Virus record (IMG/VR): IMGVR_UViG_3300032315_001401
Span: 32,001-96,000 of that record
Direction: 5' to 3' (one strand)
Length of the DNA stretch: 64,000 nt
Source: a virus
Position 1 is the first letter of the stretch; every line of letters begins with the position of its first letter. Under the pieces are notes generated by a model. It was not told where the DNA came from. It worked only from the letters and a program-made list of their open reading frames with translations, and did not search any database. Positions 52,616 to 62,924 of the stretch are shown here, in pieces. A program made the position numbers and the translations under genes.

Positions 52616-54799
52616 TTAAAAGTTTCCGATTACTTCTTCAAAATTAACACCAGTTTTGGTGGCAATAAAGTTGAGTCCAATGAAGTTGATGGACCTTGCT
52701 GGTTTGATGTAAATATCGGCAATAAACTCATTATTATCTATCACAGCAGCAGTGTTATTTGTCTCATCACAAATAACAACATAATCAAAGATTCCTCTCT
52801 TGGCTTGGACATCGCGCAAGAATGGTTCGATTGTATTTACAAAGTTTGTTCTGGTGATCTCATCATTGAATTCAAAGAGAGCATCCTTTGCTGCTTGAGA
52901 AATTGCATCCTCAAGATAGATAAACAGGCGGCGAACATTGATTCTATCAAATGCCGATGCTTTAGCAAAACCAGTTTTATCACCAAATAGGATAATTCCG
53001 GCACCTGGTGAGAATATTACTGGATTAATTCTATTCGAATAAAGTTTATCTCTTTGAGTTTTTGATGGATTGTATGCAAGTTTAACTGCATTTAGAATTG
53101 CACCTCTAGAAGTTCCGGCAGGTGAATACCAAGCAAAGTTGTTAATATCATTACGAGCACATAAACCAGCAATGTCACCATTTAGAGGCACATATCTAAA
53201 TGTATTTGAAAACCTATCATACATATACTTATATCCACTATCAAAGATTGCATAAGTGGATGATGTTACAGGTGAATAAAATTCAACTACATTGGTGGTA
53301 ATATCTGCAGCAGATTTTACTGTTACTTCAGTTTGTACTGAAGTATCTGATAGTGCTGCACCTCTATATGGTGAAATGAATGCAATTGCATCTTTTCTTA
53401 ATTCTGCAACGGAAATCAATTTGTTTGCAAGCGCTCGTGCATTGTTAATATCATATGCCGCAGATCCCATCAGAAGAAAATCTACTTTAAAGTTTTCTGT
53501 ATTTTCAAATAAATCATATCCGTCAGACAACTCTCCAAGAGTTGCCGTTAAAGCACCGGTTGAACCAATTCCTGCCTGCCCATTATAATCCTTACCACCA
53601 TCTAAGGTATTTGTAGATGCTCCAGCAGCAGCAAAGGTAATTCCCTCTGCTTCCTGATCCCAAGCAACATCCGACTCTAAAGTAAATCCGCTACTATATC
53701 CTGTAGTAACAATTCCAGTAGGAGCTCCTAGACCGAAGATATACTGTGAATTATTTTCAAGGTACTTTCTCCAATAAGATGGATTACCAACAGAAAACTG
53801 AGCATCTTTTGCTTTAGAAATACTCAAATGCTTTTCAAGAATTGTTCCAGCATTTCCGGTCACTGTACCTAAAGAATCAATCACAACTACATGCACTTCG
53901 TCAAATCTTGAATCTCTTGCTGCAGCATATGCAGAAGTTCCTGGTCTTGGAGCAATATTGTTCCAATAAATTGAAGATGTGCAAGTTGTGGAAGTTCCTG
54001 CTAAGCATATTGTTTGTTGGTCAAACCAATCTAGTCTTCCAGTGTATGCAGTTGTTCCTGCCGCAACTGTTTGCCCATTTGTGTGAATCGCAACACTTCC
54101 ACTTGAAGAAAAAGCATACACTCCAGATGGTTGATAATCTCGCTGAGTTTCGGTGTTTGCCGCAGAGACGTGTGAAAGTACTTTTACTGAAATTTGTGAA
54201 TTTCCAATTTCGGTGATAATCCCTTTTAAATATCCATCAAGTACTGAAGTTGTTCCAGCACCTGGATCAATTCTGCCTACTACCGATTGAGTAATACCAT
54301 ATCCAACTGCAATATTTGGAAATCCTGTAGTAGTAATTCCAACTAAAATTTGATCTGCTTCAGAATCGATGATAGCGACTTTAATACCATTTGACCAAGA
54401 TCCTGGATTTCTGGCAGCAACTACAACACCGGCAAGAGTATTTTCGTCATATCCCAATTCATTATAATGATCCAAACTATCAATTTTAACACTTGACGCA
54501 GTTCCTACAAATCCATTTCTCAAATCAATATCATTTGCTCTCACAACTCTGAGAGATCCGCCATATGATAAGTATGAAGATGCTGATAACCAATGCTCAT
54601 AATGTTTATCTGTTGAGTATGGCTCTCCAAAATTGGTAAGTAAATCATTCTCATTTTCAACTAAAGTTGGTGAATCTACCGGACCCTTTGCAAAGGGGGC
54701 AACAATCGCACCAACTTTATCTGATGAGGGTGTAACTCTCCCCTGCGTTAAATCAAATTCTCTTACTACAATACCAGGAGATGCTAAATTAAGCGGCAT
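52616..54799 (-). CDS. gp18: tail sheath protein
   Basis: SPGIVVRE; WYSPAG...RG; FDRINVRRLF; TATAAATA at 54834-54841. Confidence 0.96.
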   Translation of the reverse strand: MPLNLASPGIVVREFDLTQGRVTPSSDKVGAIVAPFAKGPVDSPTLVENENDLLTNFGEPYSTDKHYEHWLSASSYLSYGGSLRVVRANDIDLRNGFVGTASSVKIDSLDHYNELGYDENTLAGVVVAARNPGSWSNGIKVAIIDSEADQILVGITTTGFPNIAVGYGITQSVVGRIDPGAGTTSVLDGYLKGIITEIGNSQISVKVLSHVSAANTETQRDYQPSGVYAFSSSGSVAIHTNGQTVAAGTTAYTGRLDWFDQQTICLAGTSTTCTSSIYWNNIAPRPGTSAYAAARDSRFDEVHVVVIDSLGTVTGNAGTILEKHLSISKAKDAQFSVGNPSYWRKYLENNSQYIFGLGAPTGIVTTGYSSGFTLESDVAWDQEAEGITFAAAGASTNTLDGGKDYNGQAGIGSTGALTATLGELSDGYDLFENTENFKVDFLLMGSAAYDINNARALANKLISVAELRKDAIAFISPYRGAALSDTSVQTEVTVKSAADITTNVVEFYSPVTSSTYAIFDSGYKYMYDRFSNTFRYVPLNGDIAGLCARNDINNFAWYSPAGTSRGAILNAVKLAYNPSKTQRDKLYSNRINPVIFSPGAGIILFGDKTGFAKASAFDRINVRRLFIYLEDAISQAAKDALFEFNDEITRTNFVNTIEPFLRDVQAKRGIFDYVVICDETNNTAAVIDNNEFIADIYIKPARSINFIGLNFIATKTGVNFEEVIGNF

Positions 54800-54859
54800 C
54801 TTTATTCTCCGTATTACCAGAATATTCTAAAAGTATTTATAATTTCCTGCTTCTTAAAG

Positions 54860-56074
54860 TCACCTATAATCCCACATATAAGATCTGTCTCCATATTCAT
54901 CCACATTCCAGACTTCCATAGATTCTAGAGGGGCATTATTTGCTCCTACTAACCACCTGTCCCCAGTTTCTTGCTCTACAAATACATCCATATCCTCCAA
55001 TCCATCAGAAATAAATCCAAAAGGAGACATATCTTGCTCTATTTGATTTTTTTGCTCTTCATATATTCTCTTACGAACATCATTATCCGTCATTTCTTTA
55101 AAATAATCTTGAGCAACCAACCAAGAAAAAATAACTAGACACATCGCAAGGTCATCGTTACAACCTTCTTCTGCCTCAAAGGAGTTGTGTTTTTGAGAAA
55201 ATGTTGTAAGTTCGCTAATAATATCATAATCTACTGTTAGAAGTTTATCATCTTCAAGTAGAGTCTTGAGGTTGGAGCATCCTAATTTTTTAACAGCAGC
55301 AGTCATTCTCACACCAAGTTGTGATTTCTTTCCACTAAAACCAGAACCAACAATCTGACCTGCACGACCTCTCATTGCACACATCAAAACATTATCATAT
55401 TCAAGATCAAAGTGTAAGATACTTGCAACTTGATCTCCAATATCATTGACCTCAATCAGTAACCAAGCATCATTGTATCCTTTTGCCACTTCGTGAATAA
55501 TGCTGGGAAACAGCATTGGTTTAATTTCATTGTTTTTATATTTTCCTACAATTTTATACGGGAAATTAGTAATATCAAAAACAACAAATGCTGAATAATC
55601 ATTACCTAATCCACGAGCAACATCAACGGTAATTAAATAATTATGCTCTTCTTTTGGATGCTCATAAATGTCTAAACCAGCATTTCTCTTGATAGGGTCA
55701 TCATATGCAAGATTGCGAAGTTTTGTTGCGTTAATAAGAGTATTGACCGAACCTAAAAATTCGCAATTGTGTGATATTATATTATTTGAATAATATAGAT
55801 TATCCTCACCAACATCAAGTAAGTCATAAAGATATATTCCTTCCTCTACTATTTCATTATATACTACTTTTTTTCCCTGCAATAAATCATCAACCCTAAT
55901 TGTTGACGCTTTAATTTTTTCTTTTCCGAAAGAATGATTATCGGAGCACTTTATTTCCGACCCATCATCAAATATTATCCAATGATAGAAAGGTTTATAA
56001 ACTTTTTGAATTCCTGAAAAAGATTTAAATCCATAAGGAGTTTTTACTTCAATATTTTTATTAAGTTTAAACAT
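54860..56074 (-). CDS. gp17: terminase large subunit C-half fused to a C-intein
   Basis: IntC ends IISHN, then CEFLGS; nuclease domain DVARG...DYSAF, HDD-like NDDLAM. Confidence 0.93.
   Translation of the reverse strand: MFKLNKNIEVKTPYGFKSFSGIQKVYKPFYHWIIFDDGSEIKCSDNHSFGKEKIKASTIRVDDLLQGKKVVYNEIVEEGIYLYDLLDVGEDNLYYSNNIISHNCEFLGSVNTLINATKLRNLAYDDPIKRNAGLDIYEHPKEEHNYLITVDVARGLGNDYSAFVVFDITNFPYKIVGKYKNNEIKPMLFPSIIHEVAKGYNDAWLLIEVNDIGDQVASILHFDLEYDNVLMCAMRGRAGQIVGSGFSGKKSQLGVRMTAAVKKLGCSNLKTLLEDDKLLTVDYDIISELTTFSQKHNSFEAEEGCNDDLAMCLVIFSWLVAQDYFKEMTDNDVRKRIYEEQKNQIEQDMSPFGFISDGLEDMDVFVEQETGDRWLVGANNAPLESMEVWNVDEYGDRSYMWDYR
55766..56074 (-). other. split intein C-fragment (103 aa)
   Basis: Block B SDNH; block F YDL.V; terminal HN followed by Cys+1. 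Confidence 0.92.
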
Positions 56075-56636
56075 TTTTCCAACACTCGTTTAAAACAATC
56101 CTTTTTAATCCTTGAGGTGTTAAATTATATTTTTTGGCGTATTCTTTACAAAATGCCTGAACATATGACATTTTTTTACCATTTTTCATAATCATTCCAA
56201 CATTTTGTAAATTTGGTTTTTCATTATATAGTTTTCTTATTGCTCTTATCTCATCATCATTAATTTTTCTACTAAAAACTCTACCTTTTCTAGAGTTACT
56301 CATTTTCTCTACAGTTTCTTCCGAAAAACAATTTTGCATACCTTTATTCCAAGGAATATTACCTTTCTTAACCCCTCCAATTCCTTTTCTTTCATAATTA
56401 TCAAAACCTTCCCCACCAGTAGACTTGTTCCATCCATTTTTGAAAGTATCAAATTTTTCTATATAAAAAATTTCTTTTTCTTTTGCTTTTTCTGCAACAT
56501 CTATTTGTTCACTTATTTCAAAAGTATGTGGTGGTTTATTTCTTTTATGTTCTCTTTTTCTAGAATCTAAATTTTGGGTTTGTCCAACGTATTTAACTTT
56601 ACCGTCAGAATTTTTAAGAAAGTAAATATAATACAT
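56067..56636 (-). CDS. free-standing GIY-YIG homing endonuclease between the intein halves
   Basis: YYIYFLK...KYVGQT...RKREH...GWN.STGG; NUMOD3-like PWNKG; TATAAATA at 56646-56653. Confidence 0.88.
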   Translation of the reverse strand: MYYIYFLKNSDGKVKYVGQTQNLDSRKREHKRNKPPHTFEISEQIDVAEKAKEKEIFYIEKFDTFKNGWNKSTGGEGFDNYERKGIGGVKKGNIPWNKGMQNCFSEETVEKMSNSRKGRVFSRKINDDEIRAIRKLYNEKPNLQNVGMIMKNGKKMSYVQAFCKEYAKKYNLTPQGLKRIVLNECWKNV

Positions 56637-56664
56637 TTTTATTATTATTTATAATCCAAAAAAC

Positions 56665-57546
56665 TCACAATCGTTTATATAAGTCTTTCATAGAAATTTT
56701 TTGAGTATTTCCATCACTATCTTGAATTTCAACTAAAGTATCCCCACTTAAACATTCAAACTCAACCTTAAACTGCTGCTCACTCGTGTTTGCAATCGTC
56801 TGTGCCTTCCACGCTTCGTCTCTACCGGGCACTTCAGACCAATGAACATCTGTAGGAACATATTCATTTTTGCCCCTTTCAGCGTCGTGCCACATACGGT
56901 AGAAGTGATTCATACCGCGAGGAGTGGAAACAATAATTACCTTTGTGCTTTGACCAGAAGAAATAGTAGGATAAACAGACGCAAAGAAGTCGTCAGCAAT
57001 GTGATTTGGAATAAACGCAAATTCGTCCAAAAAGATGACATTATATGACCCTCCTCGAACAGCAGATGAAGAAGTAGAGTTTGATGAAATTTTTGATCCA
57101 TTTTCTAACTCTAGAGAACCTTTGTTCCAAGATATAATACCCTGTTGCATCCACTTGGGCAAATTCTCATAAGCAAGTTGCAATCTTCCGAGAAGGTCTC
57201 TGGCAGTGGATGCTTTGTTTGCTAGAATTGCTATATTCACATTATCGTTAAATACCGCATAATGTAATAAGTATGAGACGCAAGTTGTAGATTTACCCGT
57301 CTGGCGGGGCATCTTGCAGATATTAAATCTATTCTCGTGGAAGTTCTTTACAAGTTTCTCCTGAAACGGATACATCTTAAATGGAACAAGACCGTGGTCC
57401 AAAGAAACAATCTTAATATAATTCTTTGCAAAATATACAGGGTCTTCCTTACACTTTAAGAACTCAATAATTTGTTCTTCAGTGAATTGAATTTGTGTAT
57501 TCGCTTTTTTTAGGTTGGGATTACCAAGATAAATGTTATCACTCAT
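56665..57546 (-). CDS. gp17: terminase large subunit N-half (ATPase) fused to an N-intein
   Basis: PRQTGKS; IFLDEFAF; STPRG; ends VEFE-CLSGDTLV...KDLYKRL stop. Confidence 0.93.
   Translation of the reverse strand: MSDNIYLGNPNLKKANTQIQFTEEQIIEFLKCKEDPVYFAKNYIKIVSLDHGLVPFKMYPFQEKLVKNFHENRFNICKMPRQTGKSTTCVSYLLHYAVFNDNVNIAILANKASTARDLLGRLQLAYENLPKWMQQGIISWNKGSLELENGSKISSNSTSSSAVRGGSYNVIFLDEFAFIPNHIADDFFASVYPTISSGQSTKVIIVSTPRGMNHFYRMWHDAERGKNEYVPTDVHWSEVPGRDEAWKAQTIANTSEQQFKVEFECLSGDTLVEIQDSDGNTQKISMKDLYKRL
56668..56754 (-). other. split intein N-fragment (29 aa)
   Basis: CLSGDTLVE block A followed by a stop codon after 29 residues. Confidence 0.92.
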
Positions 57547-57555
57547 GACTTTTAA

Positions 57556-60500
57556 TCAAACCCCACCATATGCAAATATCCAAACACCACCAACAGCAGT
57601 TGAAGTTGAGAATAGTTCAATCATCATACTTGCTTGAGCAGCACCACCACCTCCAAGTTGATAAACATTACTACCATTACTACACTGACTTGCAGTTACT
57701 CCAGTAAATGTAAAAGTATTTGCACCAGTATGAGGAGTAATAAAAATCCTAATTCCTCTATTTGCTGTAAAATTAGTTAGTGTAACTGTTCTATTTCCAT
57801 TAGCACTTGGTTGCCAGAATATTACATCAGGACCAGTAAAATCTACTGTAAGTGTGCTTGCCTGTGTAGTAGAAGTAGAGATGAAATATGATGGTATTGC
57901 ATTAACTGTAACTTGCCCTGTGGAATTGGAAATAGTAACACCAGTACCAGCAACAATAGAAGTTACAATACCAGTTAGATTTGTTCCAGAACCACTATAA
58001 GAAGTTGCAGTAACTACACCAGAGAATGTTCCACCATCAGTACATACAAGTTTTGTCGTAGTTACAACTCCAACACTCATTCCAAGTGATGAAGTATTTC
58101 CATAACCTAATACTGAATTTAGGTTTTGTGCTCCTGTAATTGTAACAATACCAATTCCATTCACAGGTGCAATTGTAATTCCACTTCCAGCAATGATTTG
58201 ATTAACAATCGTTGGTTTGTTGAGAATAGATGCAACACCAACTGTTGAAGTCCAATCACTATTGACTTGAGCAGTTCCATTAATCGTAACTCTTCCTGTT
58301 GAACCTGATACTGTAATTCCACCAGTACCAGCAACAATAGAAGTTACAATACCAGTTAGATTTGCACCATTTCCAGTATAAGAAGTTGCGGATACAACTC
58401 CAACATTAATTCCAAGTGCCGAAGTATTTCCGTTAGTTAATACCGAATTGAGGTTCTGTGTTCCAGTTGCATTAATTGTGACTGTACCAATTCCATTCAC
58501 AGGAGATAGTGATACACCAGTTCCTCCAATAATTTGATTAACAATATTTGGTTTGTTTAGAATTGCAGTAACACCAACAGTGGCATTCCAATCAGAATTA
58601 AGTTGTGTTCTTGGTCCTGGAATTTGGTCGTAATGAGTTCCATTGTGAATTAATAAGTCCCCATCTTGAAGTGATAAAGGTCCATTTCCAAAATTAGTTG
58701 TACCAACTCCAACTACTGTATATTGCCAACCTGCTTCTCCAGTTGCATCTGTGATTGGTGGAATATTGGTAACAACATTATATGCTCCTTTGTAGATAAC
58801 AGCACCAGTAACAGTTGGAGGGGTCTCCCAAGACATTACATAATTACCAGCAACATTAGTAACCTTCAGGAACTTATCTGCAGTTCCTGCGGTTTGTGGT
58901 GGGAAATATGTTAATCTTGAATTATCATAGAAAGTAATACCAGTAGTGCTACCTGTGCCAGTAAATGATAACCCATTATTATTAATACTTGCAGATAATG
59001 TTTTAGTTGCTGTACCAAGAGGTGCAGTATAGAAATTTATTTGTGACCCATAAGCAGTATTTGTATAATTTTCCCTAGCAACAAACTCAATGGCAGTTGG
59101 AGCGGCAGTTTGAGGAATAGTAGTTGTACCCCAACCTACTGCAGTAATTCTAAACATACTATCTCCAGACTGCAGAGCAGTAGGAATTCCAGCAGTTCCT
59201 CTACCAGAACGACCTGTTAATTGTGCGTGAGCACCAACACCAAATCCATCAATCGTAACTCTTGCGGGAGCATCTTGATTGCTAGTGAGGTGTAATAATC
59301 CTCCAGAAAATAAAATTGGTTGATAATCACCGTTTGGAGAACCAATAATACTCACTCCACCAATATCTCCCGCAGGAATAGTTGGGGGATAATATTGAGT
59401 GCGTCCTGTGCGGTCTGTATAAAATGCTGTTCTATTTACAGCATTTTCAACTCTAACAGAACGATTGAAAATAACATCCGCAGTTGCACCAAGAGAACCA
59501 ATATAAACATCACGAGTACTATCTTTAATCTGCAAGGTATTATCTCTCAATACCCATTCACCAACTTCTAAACCAGCACCACCTTTGATGTAGAAATTAC
59601 CTGCTTTTGCTCCAAGTGCTTGGTCGTTTCCTAATGTTTCGTCCTGTACATAAATCGTTCCAGTTCCAAACCAGACTTCTTTAAATCTTCTGGATGGAGA
59701 ACCCAAAGACCATTCATTAGTCGTGTATGGGAGAATGTCCGAGTGATTAACAATATTACCACCAGGACCTGCATTCAAAGTAATATCAACATTATTTCCA
59801 GTAAGTATTGACATCCCCGCATTGACGGTTGCACGAGCAAAAGTAATTATCTCATCTGTTATTGGAAGAGGTGCTCCTACTGGAAAATTAATATCAGTAA
59901 TAATAACCTTATTATATGCACCAGTACCAATACCAATAATTTTACTTCCAACTGGAATTGCTGCACCAGCAATCACATCATCTATCTGAAGTGTTGGTGT
60001 GGGAACTGCTTGAAGTTCATAAACTGCATATGGAACACCAGTAATACCATAGGTTAAACCATAACTTCCAATACCTAAATTTGCATAATTTCCGTGTTCA
60101 AGAACTACATTTAGATTTTCATTACCAATGTTAGCAACAATTGAAGAAATACCAGAAATAACAGAACCAACTGGAATGTTTACTGCAGCAACACTAATTT
60201 CATTTGTGGTTGTATTTCCACGGTCGGTGACTGTATCCAAAGTATCTGCATCCAAATCACCAACTAATACAAATTCTGCTTTGTTTGTTGTTGAATTCCA
60301 GGACAGAACTTTACCATCATAAGCAGCAGAATTCGTTGCAAGTCCAACAACATCATCCAGGTATCTAAATTTTGTTTCACCACCACCACCTAATGTGGAG
60401 AGTTGTTGTTGGATGCGAGAAAGAAAGAGTTTATAATGCTTTTCTAAATCTTCAAGTGTTGCGAACTTTTGGTCTAATGGAGTTAATGTGTCTTTTTGAA

Positions 60501-60837
60501 CTTTAACATCTGATGGTTCGGAAAGAAGTCCTAATGACCTTTCAATCAGTTCATTTTTTGGTTCTTCAAGTTCTTCTTGAAGTTCTTCTACTACCTCAAC
60601 AATTTCCTCAATTACTTCTTCATTAATTGGTTCTATTTCATTAGAAGATAAGAAGTCCTCAAATACTTTGAGTGCTTTATGTCCTTTTTTATTTTTTATT
60701 TTACTCTTTGTTTTAAGAATAGAAACTTCTTCAAAAACAGAATCTAGTCCTAAGTCACCAACTAAAGATTCATATTCTTCCTTTTTTTGTTTCTTTTCTT
60801 GTGCTACTAATTTAAAAAGTTCTGACAGTTCATCCAT
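57556..60837 (-). CDS. large tail-fibre-like virion protein
   Basis: Acidic coiled N-terminus; G/T/V/N-rich body with repeated LTGIVTSIVAGTG and NLNSVL..GNTS units. Confidence 0.75.
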   Translation of the reverse strand: MDELSELFKLVAQEKKQKKEEYESLVGDLGLDSVFEEVSILKTKSKIKNKKGHKALKVFEDFLSSNEIEPINEEVIEEIVEVVEELQEELEEPKNELIERSLGLLSEPSDVKVQKDTLTPLDQKFATLEDLEKHYKLFLSRIQQQLSTLGGGGETKFRYLDDVVGLATNSAAYDGKVLSWNSTTNKAEFVLVGDLDADTLDTVTDRGNTTTNEISVAAVNIPVGSVISGISSIVANIGNENLNVVLEHGNYANLGIGSYGLTYGITGVPYAVYELQAVPTPTLQIDDVIAGAAIPVGSKIIGIGTGAYNKVIITDINFPVGAPLPITDEIITFARATVNAGMSILTGNNVDITLNAGPGGNIVNHSDILPYTTNEWSLGSPSRRFKEVWFGTGTIYVQDETLGNDQALGAKAGNFYIKGGAGLEVGEWVLRDNTLQIKDSTRDVYIGSLGATADVIFNRSVRVENAVNRTAFYTDRTGRTQYYPPTIPAGDIGGVSIIGSPNGDYQPILFSGGLLHLTSNQDAPARVTIDGFGVGAHAQLTGRSGRGTAGIPTALQSGDSMFRITAVGWGTTTIPQTAAPTAIEFVARENYTNTAYGSQINFYTAPLGTATKTLSASINNNGLSFTGTGSTTGITFYDNSRLTYFPPQTAGTADKFLKVTNVAGNYVMSWETPPTVTGAVIYKGAYNVVTNIPPITDATGEAGWQYTVVGVGTTNFGNGPLSLQDGDLLIHNGTHYDQIPGPRTQLNSDWNATVGVTAILNKPNIVNQIIGGTGVSLSPVNGIGTVTINATGTQNLNSVLTNGNTSALGINVGVVSATSYTGNGANLTGIVTSIVAGTGGITVSGSTGRVTINGTAQVNSDWTSTVGVASILNKPTIVNQIIAGSGITIAPVNGIGIVTITGAQNLNSVLGYGNTSSLGMSVGVVTTTKLVCTDGGTFSGVVTATSYSGSGTNLTGIVTSIVAGTGVTISNSTGQVTVNAIPSYFISTSTTQASTLTVDFTGPDVIFWQPSANGNRTVTLTNFTANRGIRIFITPHTGANTFTFTGVTASQCSNGSNVYQLGGGGAAQASMMIELFSTSTAVGGVWIFAYGGV

Positions 60838-60838
60838 A

Positions 60839-62482
60839 CTAACAATTCCAATTTCTTAATGACCTATTTATTCTTGAATCTGGGTCTCTTGCAGTTTTTG
60901 CCGAAGTGAGTTTGTCCTTCATTCCTTTCATTCTACGGCAAAAGGACTTACGGCGTTTAGCCCTTTTGCCTGTAGGCTTTTTTTCGGTTACTGCGGTTTG
61001 TAACTTTGAACCTGGATTCTCACGACGATAAGCATTCACTGCTTTCTGACTTAATCCATCAGTTTTATCTTTACGATTGACTGATTGCCAATCTTCAGAT
61101 AATCCAAAATCTAATCTCCAGTTTGAATATTCGTATGAATCTGCAAGTGGAAGTGATGGTCCGGAGAGTTTTCCTAAAGCAACCTTTTTTTCATTAGGAT
61201 TGCTGGTTCCTGTAGCAAGATTTCTAATTTTTGCTTGTTTCTGTGCTGCTTTATGTCCCCCACCAATTTCAAAACTAATTTGCTCTTTTTGCATCTCACC
61301 ACTATCAACATAATCTGCAGCAGCATCAAGATAATCTGCTGCTTTAGTAATTTTTGATTGAACCCACGCTTCAATATTACCCTCTCCTTTTACTTTCTTC
61401 TTGAGTCTCTTTGCGGCAGAAATAATGGTGGAAATTTCAGATCTTGCCATTGAATGCTCGTGGTCATATGACTCTGGAAAATTGCCAGGATGCACTGTAG
61501 CAATATTATATTTTAATTGATTGGTTGTTAATGCTGATGGGGTGGAAAACATATCCCAATATTTTGGTCCATATTTACACTCATTACGAGTCTCATCTTT
61601 TTTGCATTTGGGGCAATATCTAATCATTGTTTTCTCTTCCTTTACTGGCACACAATTTGGAACCATTTTCTTACCTTTCTTTTTCATACCCTCTTGCTTA
61701 TACCCATCCCAACAATCTTCTGATTTTGTTCCCCACTTATCAGCACCAACTTTACGACATTTGACAAGTGCTCCAGATGCATATGCACTTGGCCAAACAT
61801 CATATCTTGATTTTACTTTATTATAGCAAGCATCTTTTGTACCACTACCCTTGCCTTTTACATCTGATTCTTCGTTCATTTTCTTTGGTTTGTCTGTTGA
61901 AACATAAGTTGGTTTTGCAGCACCAGATTTTGCTTGCTGACCTGGATCTGCTGCTTTTTTTCTTCTTGCTGCAGAGCGTCTTTCTGCAGAAGTCATCGAT
62001 GCTCTTTTTGTGGAAGAAACACATTTTGGAGTTCCTTCACCCGCTTCGTCACTTGCACAAGTTCCTCCAGTTACAACATTTACCCATCCAGGTTTTCCAC
62101 CTTTTGATTTCGAACCCTTAAACCACTGATGTAAAGACTCTTCAGTAACATCCTTAAATTTTTTATGATGCTTTTTGGCATCTGCTTCCATCTTTTTCAA
62201 ACGAGTATAATAATCTGGAATTTCATCTAAATGTTGAAGGGCAATTTCTTTAGCAAGTTCGTGATTTTTAGTATGCTCATGCTCAATAGGTTCGCCCATA
62301 TCCAATTGCTTTTGAATGAAAGAAACATCCATACGATGCTTCTTCGCAATTTGCGCAACAGTTTTAAATGGTTTCAATTGCTCTTTCAATTTCTTTTTAC
62401 GACCCTGACAATGAGCTCTTTGTGAAAATCCTTTTGGATTGTCGCAGTCAATAGATTTTTTATATTTGTCTGACCAACCCAT
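60839..62482 (-). CDS. multi-module basic protein (putative processed polyprotein)
   Basis: Series of short Cys/Lys-rich modules separated by x-x-E linkers. Confidence 0.8.
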   Translation of the reverse strand: MGWSDKYKKSIDCDNPKGFSQRAHCQGRKKKLKEQLKPFKTVAQIAKKHRMDVSFIQKQLDMGEPIEHEHTKNHELAKEIALQHLDEIPDYYTRLKKMEADAKKHHKKFKDVTEESLHQWFKGSKSKGGKPGWVNVVTGGTCASDEAGEGTPKCVSSTKRASMTSAERRSAARRKKAADPGQQAKSGAAKPTYVSTDKPKKMNEESDVKGKGSGTKDACYNKVKSRYDVWPSAYASGALVKCRKVGADKWGTKSEDCWDGYKQEGMKKKGKKMVPNCVPVKEEKTMIRYCPKCKKDETRNECKYGPKYWDMFSTPSALTTNQLKYNIATVHPGNFPESYDHEHSMARSEISTIISAAKRLKKKVKGEGNIEAWVQSKITKAADYLDAAADYVDSGEMQKEQISFEIGGGHKAAQKQAKIRNLATGTSNPNEKKVALGKLSGPSLPLADSYEYSNWRLDFGLSEDWQSVNRKDKTDGLSQKAVNAYRRENPGSKLQTAVTEKKPTGKRAKRRKSFCRRMKGMKDKLTSAKTARDPDSRINRSLRNWNC

Positions 62483-62495
62483 TAGGAAATTAAAA

Positions 62496-62918
62496 TTACT
62501 CTTTATTATTTAGAAAACCTTGCTTGAGTAATTTTGATAACTCTGAAGTTGATCCTACAAATACCGCATTGTTTGTCACATTATTGGTTGTCTTTACAGA
62601 TTCATCTTCAACATCTTTAAGTTTTTTCTGTAAATCTATAAGCTTATCTGTCACATCTCCAACATTCTTAATTAACTGTCCAGCAACTTCATACGCTCTT
62701 GGACTTCCACCTTCACCAGCAAGTTCCATTATTCCATTAATTGCTTCTTGCCCCTTTTCAATTAAAGAATAAAGATTTGCTCGGGTATATTCATAATCTT
62801 TGTGGATATCATCTACCTTTAAGGGGGATATTTTTAATTCCTCCTTTACTTTTTCTACTTCAACAATATTACTTTCAATATTAAGAGCAGAATCTAAACT
62901 GTCAAATGTATTACTCAT
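62496..62918 (-). CDS. gp16: terminase small subunit
   Basis: DYEYTRANLYSLIEKGQEA...SPRAYEVAGQLIK...VFVGSTSEL. Confidence 0.93.
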   Translation of the reverse strand: MSNTFDSLDSALNIESNIVEVEKVKEELKISPLKVDDIHKDYEYTRANLYSLIEKGQEAINGIMELAGEGGSPRAYEVAGQLIKNVGDVTDKLIDLQKKLKDVEDESVKTTNNVTNNAVFVGSTSELSKLLKQGFLNNKE

Positions 62919-62924
62919 ACTATG

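Noticed and set aside
54860-57546. gp17 as a frameshifted pseudogene
   Set aside because: The break falls exactly within intein motifs, and both halves retain catalytic motifs and expression signals.
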